IMG/VR virus record: IMGVR_UViG_3300037067_006298
Location: 12,667 to 76,666 of that record
Strand: one strand, 5' to 3'
DNA: 64,000 nucleotides
DNA from: a virus
Lineage: Duplodnaviria > Caudoviricetes
The notes beneath the pieces were generated by a model. That model was not told the DNA's origin and did not search any database. It was given only the letters and a program-made list of their open reading frames with translations. Each line of letters starts with the position of its first letter. Position 1 is the first letter of the stretch. Both the position numbers and the translations under genes were made by a program. Of this stretch, positions 49,218 to 57,242 are shown one piece after another.

Positions 49218-49248
49218 CAAATGTATAACTCTTTTTGAATAAATCAAA
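49218..49248 (-). promoter_or_regulatory. Bacteroidota-type promoter of the replication operon
   Basis: TTTG-N19-TACATTTG. Confidence 0.7.
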
Positions 49249-49289
49249 TTTTATTTTTTAAATAAAAAGAAGCAGTCGATGGTTAATAA

Positions 49290-49610
49290 TTACTTGAATC
49301 GTGCAAAAAACGTATCAATGGTCTTTCCTTCGTGCATGACGTAACAATCTGCACAGGGTAATATCCATAAAAGTTGCTTCGGCGTGTCACTTTCCCCGTA
49401 AATAAATACCCTTGACATTGAATATGTCTGTGTACTATTTGGGGTTTCTGGCAAGTCGCTGGAACCTATTACGGCATCGTTTGGTGTTAACGCAAACTTA
49501 GATTGATGATCACTACTTTCAGTTTCTTTGTGTTGGATTCTTTCACCATAAAATAGGTGCGTTTCGTGTTGACCGTCAATATCGGTCGTGATTACTTTTA
49601 ATGTTAACAT
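49290..49610 (-). CDS. Hypothetical protein
   Basis: 106 aa, flanked by 11-bp inverted repeats. Confidence 0.6.
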   Translation of the reverse strand: MLTLKVITTDIDGQHETHLFYGERIQHKETESSDHQSKFALTPNDAVIGSSDLPETPNSTQTYSMSRVFIYGESDTPKQLLWILPCADCYVMHEGKTIDTFFARFK

Positions 49611-49666
49611 GATTTCTAATTTTTAAGTTTCTACTAATACTGTTTCTATTTTCTGACTGCTTCTTA

Positions 49667-50533
49667 TTATATTTTATTTTTCATACAGAACTCGTCTATC
49701 CGATTAAAAAGTTCGATATCTTCATCGTGTAGTCTCATCCGAACACGAGCCATATTGCCCCTATCCGTCTTTGTTGTGCCCCAATAATGGGTGTATTTTC
49801 GCTTGAAATTCTGTCCTGCTTTTATCGCATCACGGTTAATAACCTTGACCTCTGATCTTAGATTATGCGCCTTAATAAGTGATGCAGCGAAGTATTGTTC
49901 GTGGAATAAGTTCTGGTGTATTATGACTGACCCGTACTTCTTAAAGAACAACTTTTGGTTCTCCGGTGCGAAGATATACTCCTCACTACACCTCCTCCAC
50001 TCCTGAAAGAACTCCAAGTCATGCCCTCCACAGATGCCACAGTTATATGCGAAGTCATGTATCGGATTATCAACAATAATTTGTGGTTTTACGGGTGCTT
50101 TATCGAAGCACGGACGGAGTAGGTTGTAGTAATGATACCCGACTTTATCCATCGGCTCCCAGCTCTGGAAGCACAACCGGGCTTTAAGTATCTTCGGAGC
50201 GAGTGCATCCCAAAGAAACACGTCATTGTCAATATGTACAAACGGTTCTTTTTGTTCACAGTAAGCGAGTAGTTTCCCGTATGCCCAAAAGAACCGGGAC
50301 ACGGATTTCATCTCGTTTAGCTTATTGGAATAACTTGTAATTGGAAGTCCAAGAGGTTTGATCACATCAACACCCCAATCAGAAGAAATAAACTGCACCT
50401 CCTTAAAGTGTCGGGAGGCGCAGAGTATTGAGAGTGCAGTGGTAAAAAGAAAATCACTGTATTTGTTGAACCCACATCTATTGCCGAAGTCTTCATCTGG
50501 GTTAAAATATGAGAGAACTGCTTTCTTTATCAT
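49667..50533 (-). CDS. DUF6734-like putative glycosyltransferase (GT-A)
   Basis: FWAYGKLLAYCEQKEPFVHIDNDVFLW (DxD), YNCGICGG, EQYF. Confidence 0.65.
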   Translation of the reverse strand: MIKKAVLSYFNPDEDFGNRCGFNKYSDFLFTTALSILCASRHFKEVQFISSDWGVDVIKPLGLPITSYSNKLNEMKSVSRFFWAYGKLLAYCEQKEPFVHIDNDVFLWDALAPKILKARLCFQSWEPMDKVGYHYYNLLRPCFDKAPVKPQIIVDNPIHDFAYNCGICGGHDLEFFQEWRRCSEEYIFAPENQKLFFKKYGSVIIHQNLFHEQYFAASLIKAHNLRSEVKVINRDAIKAGQNFKRKYTHYWGTTKTDRGNMARVRMRLHDEDIELFNRIDEFCMKNKI

Positions 50534-50554
50534 AGTTGCGATGGATTTATTTAA

Positions 50555-50782
50555 CTAAACCCACCCATGTCCAATTGCATCCCCATAAGAGGTGTAGTCG
50601 GTTGTTCCGGTACATAATATGGACTTGGCTGCTGCAAACCTCCAATTCCATTCACTGAGACTACAAGTGGTTACGCACTCGTGAATATTGTGCCATTGGT
50701 CTCCCTCTTTCGGCCCAGATGTAGCATTTTCTACATTTACTCGAGCGTTGAGTTTGATCCTGGCCTTTACATTTGTTGCCAT
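50555..50782 (-). CDS. 75-aa Cys/Trp/Thr-rich peptide
   Basis: Has its own promoter; first gene of a unit with the DUF6734-like enzyme. Confidence 0.55.
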   Translation of the reverse strand: MATNVKARIKLNARVNVENATSGPKEGDQWHNIHECVTTCSLSEWNWRFAAAKSILCTGTTDYTSYGDAIGHGWV

Positions 50783-50823
50783 GATAAAAAATTTAAGTTA
50801 AAGAACTATGATTATTACAAAGG

Positions 50824-50860
50824 CAAAGTTATGAAATGCTTTTCGATAAAGCAAAAGCAT
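50824..50860 (-). promoter_or_regulatory. Promoter with overlapping palindromic operator
   Basis: TTTG(50855-52)-N20-TAACTTTG(50831-24); ATGCTTTT-N9-AAAAGCAT at 50836-50860. Confidence 0.65.
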
Positions 50861-50868
50861 AATAAATG

Positions 50869-51444
50869 TCATGTATGTAAAATATTTCCATATTGTTCTG
50901 CTAAAGCGGCAGCTATGCCTGGATATGTTTTAGATCTTAGTTTTCGCCTATCAGGAGAGGGAGGCATTTTCCAGACACGATGTTCTCTGCCTTCAACTAT
51001 ATTAGTCGGTTTTAATAAAGGTAGTCCACAAAGCCAAAGCCATGTTTCTTTTGTTTCTCCGTGTCCGAATTGCCAAGGTTGAATAACCTGGGATTTTTTA
51101 CCGATATATCTTTGCATTATTGTTTTTGGTTGTTCAAGACAAACCATTTCACAAACATAACAAGCCTCCTGCCAGGCATCCTTGCAAAGTTGAATACCAT
51201 CTATCCTTAATTGACTATTCCAATACCAGCGATTACCGCAAATGGCAGTATAGGTACATGGCGGATGGAGTATAATTAAGTCCCATTCTTTCAATCGTAC
51301 TGCTCTGAAAAAATCCATTTTAAGATGCCATTCAGGATGACCCCCAGAACAATCTTCTAAGTCATTGGAATAAGCTTCATGTCCTTTATTTCTAAAGGCA
51401 ATACAAACGGCCTGACTTTCTTCAAATCCGATTAGAACTTTCAT
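50869..51444 (-). CDS. Short C5-cytosine methyltransferase-like protein
   Basis: DLIILHPPCT catalytic PC motif, LEQP, QPWQFGHGETK, RSKTYPGIA. Confidence 0.7.
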   Translation of the reverse strand: MKVLIGFEESQAVCIAFRNKGHEAYSNDLEDCSGGHPEWHLKMDFFRAVRLKEWDLIILHPPCTYTAICGNRWYWNSQLRIDGIQLCKDAWQEACYVCEMVCLEQPKTIMQRYIGKKSQVIQPWQFGHGETKETWLWLCGLPLLKPTNIVEGREHRVWKMPPSPDRRKLRSKTYPGIAAALAEQYGNILHT

Positions 51445-51860
51445 TCTTTCTTCCTTAATAACGCAAACACATCTTTGTTTTTATTGTCATCCAATGGCAG
51501 TAGTGCAATACCAAAGGTGTATGATCGTGGTTTTACCGAACCCGCCGGGTGTCCTTCTCCCTTGTTCCATGTTGCATCTATCACGTGTTGTGAAAGCCCT
51601 ACGTTATTAAACCCACACCGATCATGTGTAGTTCTTCGTAATTGCCATCCCTCAGTATCTTTAAACACCCCAAAATCAGCAGGGTGTTTGGGATCTCGGC
51701 AGAAATTAATAACGCAATACCCGGTTTTCTTATCGTGTAATTGCAGGTGTGTTATTGCAGCACGGTTGAACTCCACCAGTCCGGTAGAAGTAAATCTTAC
51801 TGATGGTTTCCTTCGCATGGAATCTAGAAAACTCTCTCCACTTAACTTTTCCATTTCCAT
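51441..51860 (-). CDS. Hypothetical protein
   Basis: 139-aa coupled ORF. Confidence 0.55.
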   Translation of the reverse strand: MEMEKLSGESFLDSMRRKPSVRFTSTGLVEFNRAAITHLQLHDKKTGYCVINFCRDPKHPADFGVFKDTEGWQLRRTTHDRCGFNNVGLSQHVIDATWNKGEGHPAGSVKPRSYTFGIALLPLDDNKNKDVFALLRKKE

Positions 51861-51863
51861 GGC

Positions 51864-52700
51864 TTATTCTGTTAAAAAAACATCAGAAGAGAATCCCGAG
51901 GCTCCCCTATGACCTCCACCACCACGGCTTTTGCATATTTCAGAACAATCAATAAGTCCGTTGTCATTGTATAGACTGTACATCCACTTCCCTTTCTGAT
52001 ACCAACAACATGCAAAACCATCATATCCGTCTTTATGATAATCAATGCCAAAATTGATAGGATTGAATCGTTCTTGGTTGACCATTGCAAATTTATAGGT
52101 ATCAAACATCACAGGGTATCTCTTTGCATAAGTCTGCCGTGCCTCGGTACACAGATATCTATAAATGGATACTCCCGCTTCATGAATTTCTTCAATTACG
52201 GGATTACGAAGCGAAGGAATTTCTTCTTGCATATAAAGAGACAAGTATTTAAACGCATCATCTGGATTTGAAATACGTTGTCTGGCACCATACTGAAATT
52301 GCAGTACTTTAAGTTCTTCGTCTGTTCCTTTGTGTCCAAAACAATCATAACGACCAAGTAATCGTACAATTTCTGGCATCGGTTTATCAGGAAAAAAGAA
52401 CTGCCATGTTAATTCACATGCAGCAAACTTATCGCCTCTAATACCGTTTGCTCTTAAATTAAGATTTTCTTTTATAGCAGATATATGATGATCTATCCAT
52501 ATAAGTTTAGTTCCATCATATTGATTCATAATATCCTTTGGAAAGGAAATATCAACCATTATAATAATTTCAGCATCAACAATACTGGGAATTGGTTGTC
52601 CATAGTCCCATCCGATGAGTTTTACATCAGGATATTTTAGTTTAACGATGGCAGCAGACATCCATCCATCTAAATCTCTTGAATGATAAATACAAATCAT
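51864..52700 (-). CDS. DHH/DHHA1 phosphoesterase
   Basis: YHSRDLDG, MVDISF, WIDHH, GGGGHRGASGF. Confidence 0.9.
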   Translation of the reverse strand: MICIYHSRDLDGWMSAAIVKLKYPDVKLIGWDYGQPIPSIVDAEIIIMVDISFPKDIMNQYDGTKLIWIDHHISAIKENLNLRANGIRGDKFAACELTWQFFFPDKPMPEIVRLLGRYDCFGHKGTDEELKVLQFQYGARQRISNPDDAFKYLSLYMQEEIPSLRNPVIEEIHEAGVSIYRYLCTEARQTYAKRYPVMFDTYKFAMVNQERFNPINFGIDYHKDGYDGFACCWYQKGKWMYSLYNDNGLIDCSEICKSRGGGGHRGASGFSSDVFLTE

Positions 52701-52710
52701 AGTTTTAAAT

Positions 52711-52935
52711 TTATTTGGTTAGTAATTCCATTAGTTTTTCTTCAAGCCATTGCACGTAATCCAAATCAGGATAATCCATAAATCCAGTTTCTTTTATGTC
52801 TCGCATCACTCTTGGTGGTAAGTCTGGATCGACTATAACATCGCCGAATCTTCCGATTCTCGCAAACACACTGGTTTCACAAGGTTTTTCTGCTGTTTCC
52901 GCTTTATACTTCATCTGCAACTCAGTTCTGTTCAT
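52711..52935 (-). CDS. Hypothetical protein
   Basis: 74-aa ORF in the operon. Confidence 0.55.
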   Translation of the reverse strand: MNRTELQMKYKAETAEKPCETSVFARIGRFGDVIVDPDLPPRVMRDIKETGFMDYPDLDYVQWLEEKLMELLTK

Positions 52936-52937
52936 GG

Positions 52938-53261
52938 TTATTCCAGTTTAGGAAGTATAGAACTTTGCTCAGAATCATAAATGCCACAATCCAAATCCGG
53001 CATAGCATCATTTTTGTCCGACGCCACGTTCTCAAGAGGGCCATCCACATTCACCACAGTTGGCTGCATCACCGTCATCTTCGGCATCACATCGCCCTTA
53101 ATCGTCTCAATAAGCCTGCTTCTTTCTCTTATCTGGTCTCCAGAAGCTCTTCTTATTATGTTTCCAGCATCATCCTTTGCCCCGCATCTCAGGTCTGTAT
53201 AGCATACCATCACATAACAGACCCCGTTTACATCAAATTTACACTTCTTCTCGTTTCCCAT
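52938..53261 (-). CDS. Hypothetical protein with Cys-rich N-terminus
   Basis: CKFDVNGVCYVMVCYTDLRC. Confidence 0.5.
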   Translation of the reverse strand: MGNEKKCKFDVNGVCYVMVCYTDLRCGAKDDAGNIIRRASGDQIRERSRLIETIKGDVMPKMTVMQPTVVNVDGPLENVASDKNDAMPDLDCGIYDSEQSSILPKLE

Positions 53262-53286
53262 AGTTTATCTATTATTAAATTAAACC

Positions 53287-53610
53287 TCAATAATCACTCC
53301 TTCCTTTTCCAGACAGGTACTTAACAAAGCTCTCCATGCCTCCCCTTCCCCTTCTCGTTATACTCTGACGGCCTTTCTCAATATCTCCCGTGTGTAACTT
53401 CATTATTACCACATCTTCGTTCTCGTAGTAGCTAAAGCCCTTCCTCGTGAATATGCCCATCAATAAACTCTCGCTTATCCCCGTCCTCTTACTCAATATC
53501 CTCTTATTGGTACATCCCCCTACCTTAATACGGTTATCCTTCTCTCCTAATTTCTTAAAATAGTAAACAAATAACTCCTTCCCCGTTAGTCTTATCCTCT
53601 CTTGTCCCAT
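53287..53610 (-). CDS. Hypothetical basic protein
   Basis: 107 aa; first gene of the leftward block. Confidence 0.5.
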   Translation of the reverse strand: MGQERIRLTGKELFVYYFKKLGEKDNRIKVGGCTNKRILSKRTGISESLLMGIFTRKGFSYYENEDVVIMKLHTGDIEKGRQSITRRGRGGMESFVKYLSGKGRSDY

Positions 53611-53993
53611 CTTTTTCCCGTACTTTTATCTTATTAAAAACTATTCTATGTCCACTAAATAGCAGATCGTATTTTGTCCTTTGTGTTCTATGTGCTGTAA
53701 AATTAAACCTTCTAATTCTAATTTCCTAATAAATTGTCTAATTTCTTCCCCAAAGGTAAGTGAGTATGTCCTTGCAGTCAATATACATATTTTACGATCG
53801 CCGGACAATTCCAAAATCGAAATCCCGAACCCGCCCCCCTATCTTTCATTTGCGGTCCTTTTTATGGTCCTGCCGAAAAGCGTTTTTCCCTCATCCCTGC
53901 AAATAAAGCGGTTTGCAGAACTGATCTGATAGGGTAGGGGATGAGTCATGTAACCCCAGATAACGAGCCTTTAAAATGCCTGTTTTACATTCT

Positions 53994-54021
53994 ATTTGAC
54001 ATAATAATAATTATAGGACGA
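53994..54021 (-). other. dif-like XerCD recombination site
   Basis: Minus strand TCGTCCTATAA-TTATTA-TTATGTCAAAT has the 11-6-11 layout; the XerD arm differs by one base from E. coli TTATGTTAAAT. Confidence 0.7.
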
Positions 54022-54035
54022 TTGGAGCTGGTTGT

Positions 54036-54124
54036 AATGAGTAAAAAAACTACTCATTTGCATAACCCTTTGAAACGCCCATGAATTGCGGATTTGATGC
54101 GATAATGAGTAAGTTTATTACTCA
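54036..54124. promoter_or_regulatory. Two palindromic boxes TGAGTA-N7-TACTCA
   Basis: AATGAGTA-N7-TACTCATT at 54036-54058 and TGAGTA-N7-TACTCA at 54106-54124. Confidence 0.6.
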
Positions 54125-54204
54125 ATTATATACTATAACATTATGTAAAACTAATTAGTTGTATTGTTATTTGATGTAATTTTGTGGTTTTAAGGCACTG
54201 ACGT

Positions 54205-54831
54205 TTGAAAATTTGGTTAAATGCTGTACATATGAGAACAAAAAACGCAAGCACAACGAGTTTAAGCGGGGTTTTTAGCCCTGATCTGTCCCTCTCCTCC
54301 TCTTCTCTTCCTTCTTTACCTAAGTCATTAAATAGCTTATATAATAATTTAGATACTTTTAATAAGGGTGTATTTGTTAAACTCTATCACTATTTATGGG
54401 GTCTTGTGAACTGGAAGACTATTAAACGGGGTGAATATGTTAGTTATTACTGGCTGTTGTATGGTCAGATGGTTCGGGCGGATCTCTCCCCTTATGCCTT
54501 TGCCCTACTGTCTTATATTTATTATATGACTGATCAGGGATCTAAGACTATACATTCAAATTTGATTTATTATAGTGGTGTTTTGCCTGGTTATAAAGCG
54601 TCATCTATTCAATGCATATTAACCAGGCTCGCAAGTTATGGATATATTACACGTCATACACGGGATTTAACAGGCTCCTGCCTTGCTGTGTCTCATGATC
54701 GACATCCTGTGTTTATTAAAATATCTCCTGAGGGGCTTAAATTGATTGAGGGGATGAGTAAGAATATTAACAGGTTATTGCTTAATACTTCTCTCAATGA
54801 TCTGACAGGGGCAAATAAAAAACCCGGCTAA
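54205..54831 (+). CDS. Winged-HTH (MarR-like) DNA-binding protein; start uncertain
   Basis: LSPYAFALLSYI...SIQCILTRLASYGYITRH...VFIKISPEGLKLI. Confidence 0.55.
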   Translation: MKIWLNAVHMRTKNASTTSLSGVFSPDLSLSSSSLPSLPKSLNSLYNNLDTFNKGVFVKLYHYLWGLVNWKTIKRGEYVSYYWLLYGQMVRADLSPYAFALLSYIYYMTDQGSKTIHSNLIYYSGVLPGYKASSIQCILTRLASYGYITRHTRDLTGSCLAVSHDRHPVFIKISPEGLKLIEGMSKNINRLLLNTSLNDLTGANKKPG

Positions 54832-54841
54832 TATTGCCGGG
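54817..54841 (-). terminator. Intrinsic terminator
   Basis: CCCGGC-AATATTA-GCCGGG followed by TTTTTT on the minus strand. Confidence 0.75.
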
Positions 54842-54925
54842 CTCCTGCGTTTCATTCTCTGTCCCAATCGCATCATAGTGGAATTGAAATTTACCGGGTA
54901 CTTGCTATTTTGCTCTTTTTCCATT
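54817..54925 (-). ncRNA. Candidate small RNA of about 105 nt
   Basis: Bounded by a consensus promoter (54930-54961) and a terminator; any ORF from ATG 54924 would run through the terminator. Confidence 0.55.
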
Positions 54926-54929
54926 ATGA

Positions 54930-54961
54930 CAAATTTAGGTTATAAATAATTAACAAACAAA
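54930..54961 (-). promoter_or_regulatory. Bacteroidota-type promoter
   Basis: TTTG-N20-TAAATTTG. Confidence 0.75.
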
Positions 54962-55016
54962 TCTTTTTTAAATTAGCAAAGGGCTTTGATGCCATCGCTG
55001 CCCCGACCTGCTAAGA

Positions 55017-55202
55017 TTAATGTGTCTGCATGTAGTTAACCTGCCATGCATAAAATTTTTGCTTATCTTCATAAGATAGATTATTCATTGCGCAGTTCAT
55101 TATCTTTGCTTTCGTTGCGCTTGTTTTTGCTTTTCTGTAGCGGTTTTTGTAATCATTTAAAGTTTTCATTTTCTTAGCAGTTAAATTAATTATTAAATTC
55201 AA
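55017..55202 (-). CDS. Hypothetical protein
   Basis: Small basic ORF. Confidence 0.5.
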   Translation of the reverse strand: MNLIINLTAKKMKTLNDYKNRYRKAKTSATKAKIMNCAMNNLSYEDKQKFYAWQVNYMQTH

Positions 55203-55413
55203 ATACTCTCAGTCCTGCGCCCTCTTCGCTCTCCTCGTTACTGTTGCTTAATATGAGGTGCTTTAACCTCCGAAAATGCGTTAAGGCTGCTATGTTCGTC
55301 TTATCTAACGGGGTGCGTCTTAAATTGACTCTTTGCGCCCTTATCTGATCAGTTACCAGATCAAGCAGTGTATTTGCCTGCTCGTTGCTTAGTATTATTA
55401 TATTTGCGCTCAT
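55186..55413 (-). CDS. Hypothetical protein
   Basis: 75-aa ORF. Confidence 0.55.
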   Translation of the reverse strand: MSANIIILSNEQANTLLDLVTDQIRAQRVNLRRTPLDKTNIAALTHFRRLKHLILSNSNEESEEGAGLRVFEFNN

Positions 55414-55424
55414 AACTCTTTGTT

Positions 55425-55538
55425 TTACAGGGTTAAGGCATTACAAGCCATCATAATAATAACTATAACGGCGCAGATCAATATAAAATTAATCCTTTGC
55501 GTCCGGTCCTCTCTTGTTGTTAACTGTGTGTTTTTCAT
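55425..55538 (-). CDS. 37-aa membrane peptide, possible lipoprotein
   Basis: MKNTQLTTREDRTQRINFILICAVIVIIMMACNALTL*; first ORF behind the promoter at 55583-55614. Confidence 0.5.
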   Translation of the reverse strand: MKNTQLTTREDRTQRINFILICAVIVIIMMACNALTL

Positions 55539-55582
55539 CTCTTTGCGTGTTTTTGGTTAAACATTTGATTAATTAATAAGTA

Positions 55583-55614
55583 CAAATTTACACCTTATAT
55601 TATATATAAACAAA
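55583..55614 (-). promoter_or_regulatory. Bacteroidota-type promoter
   Basis: TTTG-N20-TAAATTTG; shares the flanking AAAAAGATTTGTTT with the 54930 promoter. Confidence 0.75.
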
Positions 55615-55724
55615 TCTTTTAACATATTTATTTTACATTTTAGTTAAATATTTTTGTTAATTTATTTGTTTATGTCATTTGGATGGTGTTACTTTGTCTT
55701 GTTAACCAATAAAACACACATATT

Positions 55725-56114
55725 ATGACAGACTACAAAGCACAAGCGAACAAATTCGCACAGAAAAACGGGGTAAAGCTCTCATTTATTGGCGATCCTG
55801 AGTATAAAAAACATTTTGCAGACGACAAGCAATATAGATATGTTTTTAAATGCAAATTGACAAGGGGGCGCAAATCTTATACTTTCGATTTTGGGCAGTC
55901 TATTAATGTAGGGGCAGAGGCCCCCAATATGTATGATATTCTTGCCTGTATTCAAAAATATGACTGTGGTGACTTTGAAAATTTCTGTTCTGAATTTGGT
56001 TACGATGAGGACAGCCGGACAGCAGAACGCATTTACTTTGCAGTATGCAAAGAGTTTGCAGCCGTTGAGCGTCTGTTTTCTGATGTACTTGAAGAACTAC
56101 AGGAAATTAATTAA
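55725..56114 (+). CDS. Early hypothetical protein
   Basis: 129-aa first rightward ORF, phage-like composition. Confidence 0.65.
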   Translation: MTDYKAQANKFAQKNGVKLSFIGDPEYKKHFADDKQYRYVFKCKLTRGRKSYTFDFGQSINVGAEAPNMYDILACIQKYDCGDFENFCSEFGYDEDSRTAERIYFAVCKEFAAVERLFSDVLEELQEIN

Positions 56115-56195
56115 CTGGTGCTAAGCCATTGCGGAGAATGCCCGCAACCCTGCCGGACCTCTGGCGGGGCCGTTCAAACCAAAAAACACGCAAAA

Positions 56196-56558
56196 ATGAG
56201 AACAAAATTATTTATCTATTCGATTACAGATCGTAAGGTTTCACGGACCTACGGCGGTACAACTTATAAATTCAATGTTTATGAAGTTGTAAACAATGAT
56301 CTTAAATTCATAACAGAAGGAAGCGCATGTAATAGAGGGCATAAGGGCGAAGATTCCGAGGCTTTTGGCTCACTCCTGAAGGAAAGACCAGAGATCAAAA
56401 AGCTACTTATCAGAAACGCAAATAGGACTTTAAAAACTGAGCCTGAAAATTATTATGCTAAAACAATATTAAACGATATTGACAACTCTGGCGGTTATTA
56501 CTCACATCATTTTGAATTGTTTGGGGTGAGATTAAAAAGAGTTGGCGCAGGCGTTTAA
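56196..56558 (+). CDS. Early hypothetical protein
   Basis: Likely start MRTKLFIY at 56196; the upstream extension in the track covers GC-rich hairpins. Confidence 0.6.
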   Translation: MRTKLFIYSITDRKVSRTYGGTTYKFNVYEVVNNDLKFITEGSACNRGHKGEDSEAFGSLLKERPEIKKLLIRNANRTLKTEPENYYAKTILNDIDNSGGYYSHHFELFGVRLKRVGAGV

Positions 56559-56974
56559 AATAGTGTTTATTGGTTTTCTGGTTAACATTGTGCCGGCTCC
56601 GCTCTTCTCTGGGGCCGGTACATTAACCAGAATTAACCCTAGTTATTAACTTTAAAATTCAATGCTATGACAATTTTATACATTTTCTTATACGTTTTTG
56701 TGGCCTCGTGCCTCGTTATGATCTTCCTCCCGTCTGTCAAACCTTTTAAATCGGTTAAAAAGTGTTAGCAAAATACTATTATAAGGAGTTAGATAACTCT
56801 ATCTTGGTCCCTCGCTCATCCCTCGTTAAAATTGTGGAGAATGGCAAAAAGACCTATTTAATAAGGCTTTTACATTACTGCCGAGGGCATGAGCCGGGAC
56901 AGGTTATACGAGTCAGAAAACGAAGCGTAAGGCTATAATATTACAATTGGATAAACTGGGAAAATTTAGAAACC

Positions 56975-57220
56975 ATGAATAAATTAATTTCTTATACCTC
57001 CGAACAATTACAGGGCAAGTTTATCGCATGCTCTGTCATCCTTGATCCTCCTTCCTTGGGTGCAGTAATCCATGCAGAAGGACCATGTAAAGGACTGCCT
57101 GTACTTTATCATTCAATAAATGATGCAAAAAGTGATTCATTTTTTGATGATGAATGGGATCACATAATTCCGGCACAAAAATATTATGAACGGATAAAAA
57201 CAAATAATTTCAAATTTTAA
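56975..57220 (+). CDS. Early hypothetical protein
   Basis: 81-aa ORF. Confidence 0.55.
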   Translation: MNKLISYTSEQLQGKFIACSVILDPPSLGAVIHAEGPCKGLPVLYHSINDAKSDSFFDDEWDHIIPAQKYYERIKTNNFKF

Positions 57221-57242
57221 AAACCATAAAAAAGCATAATTT

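Noticed and set aside
50620-50665. WNWRF resembling the darobactin core WNWSKSF
   Set aside because: Only three residues match and no radical SAM enzyme is in the window.
362-53929. Most plus-strand ORFs in the track (e.g. 2179-2460, 9098-9394, 51475-51912, 52965-53324) and alternative-frame ORFs over the 12-bp repeat
   Set aside because: Antisense or alternate-frame shadows of well-supported genes, with no recognisable motifs.
54124-54151. Second dif-like site (TTATGTAAAAC)
   Set aside because: Only a XerD-like half; no matching XerC arm at a 6-bp spacing.
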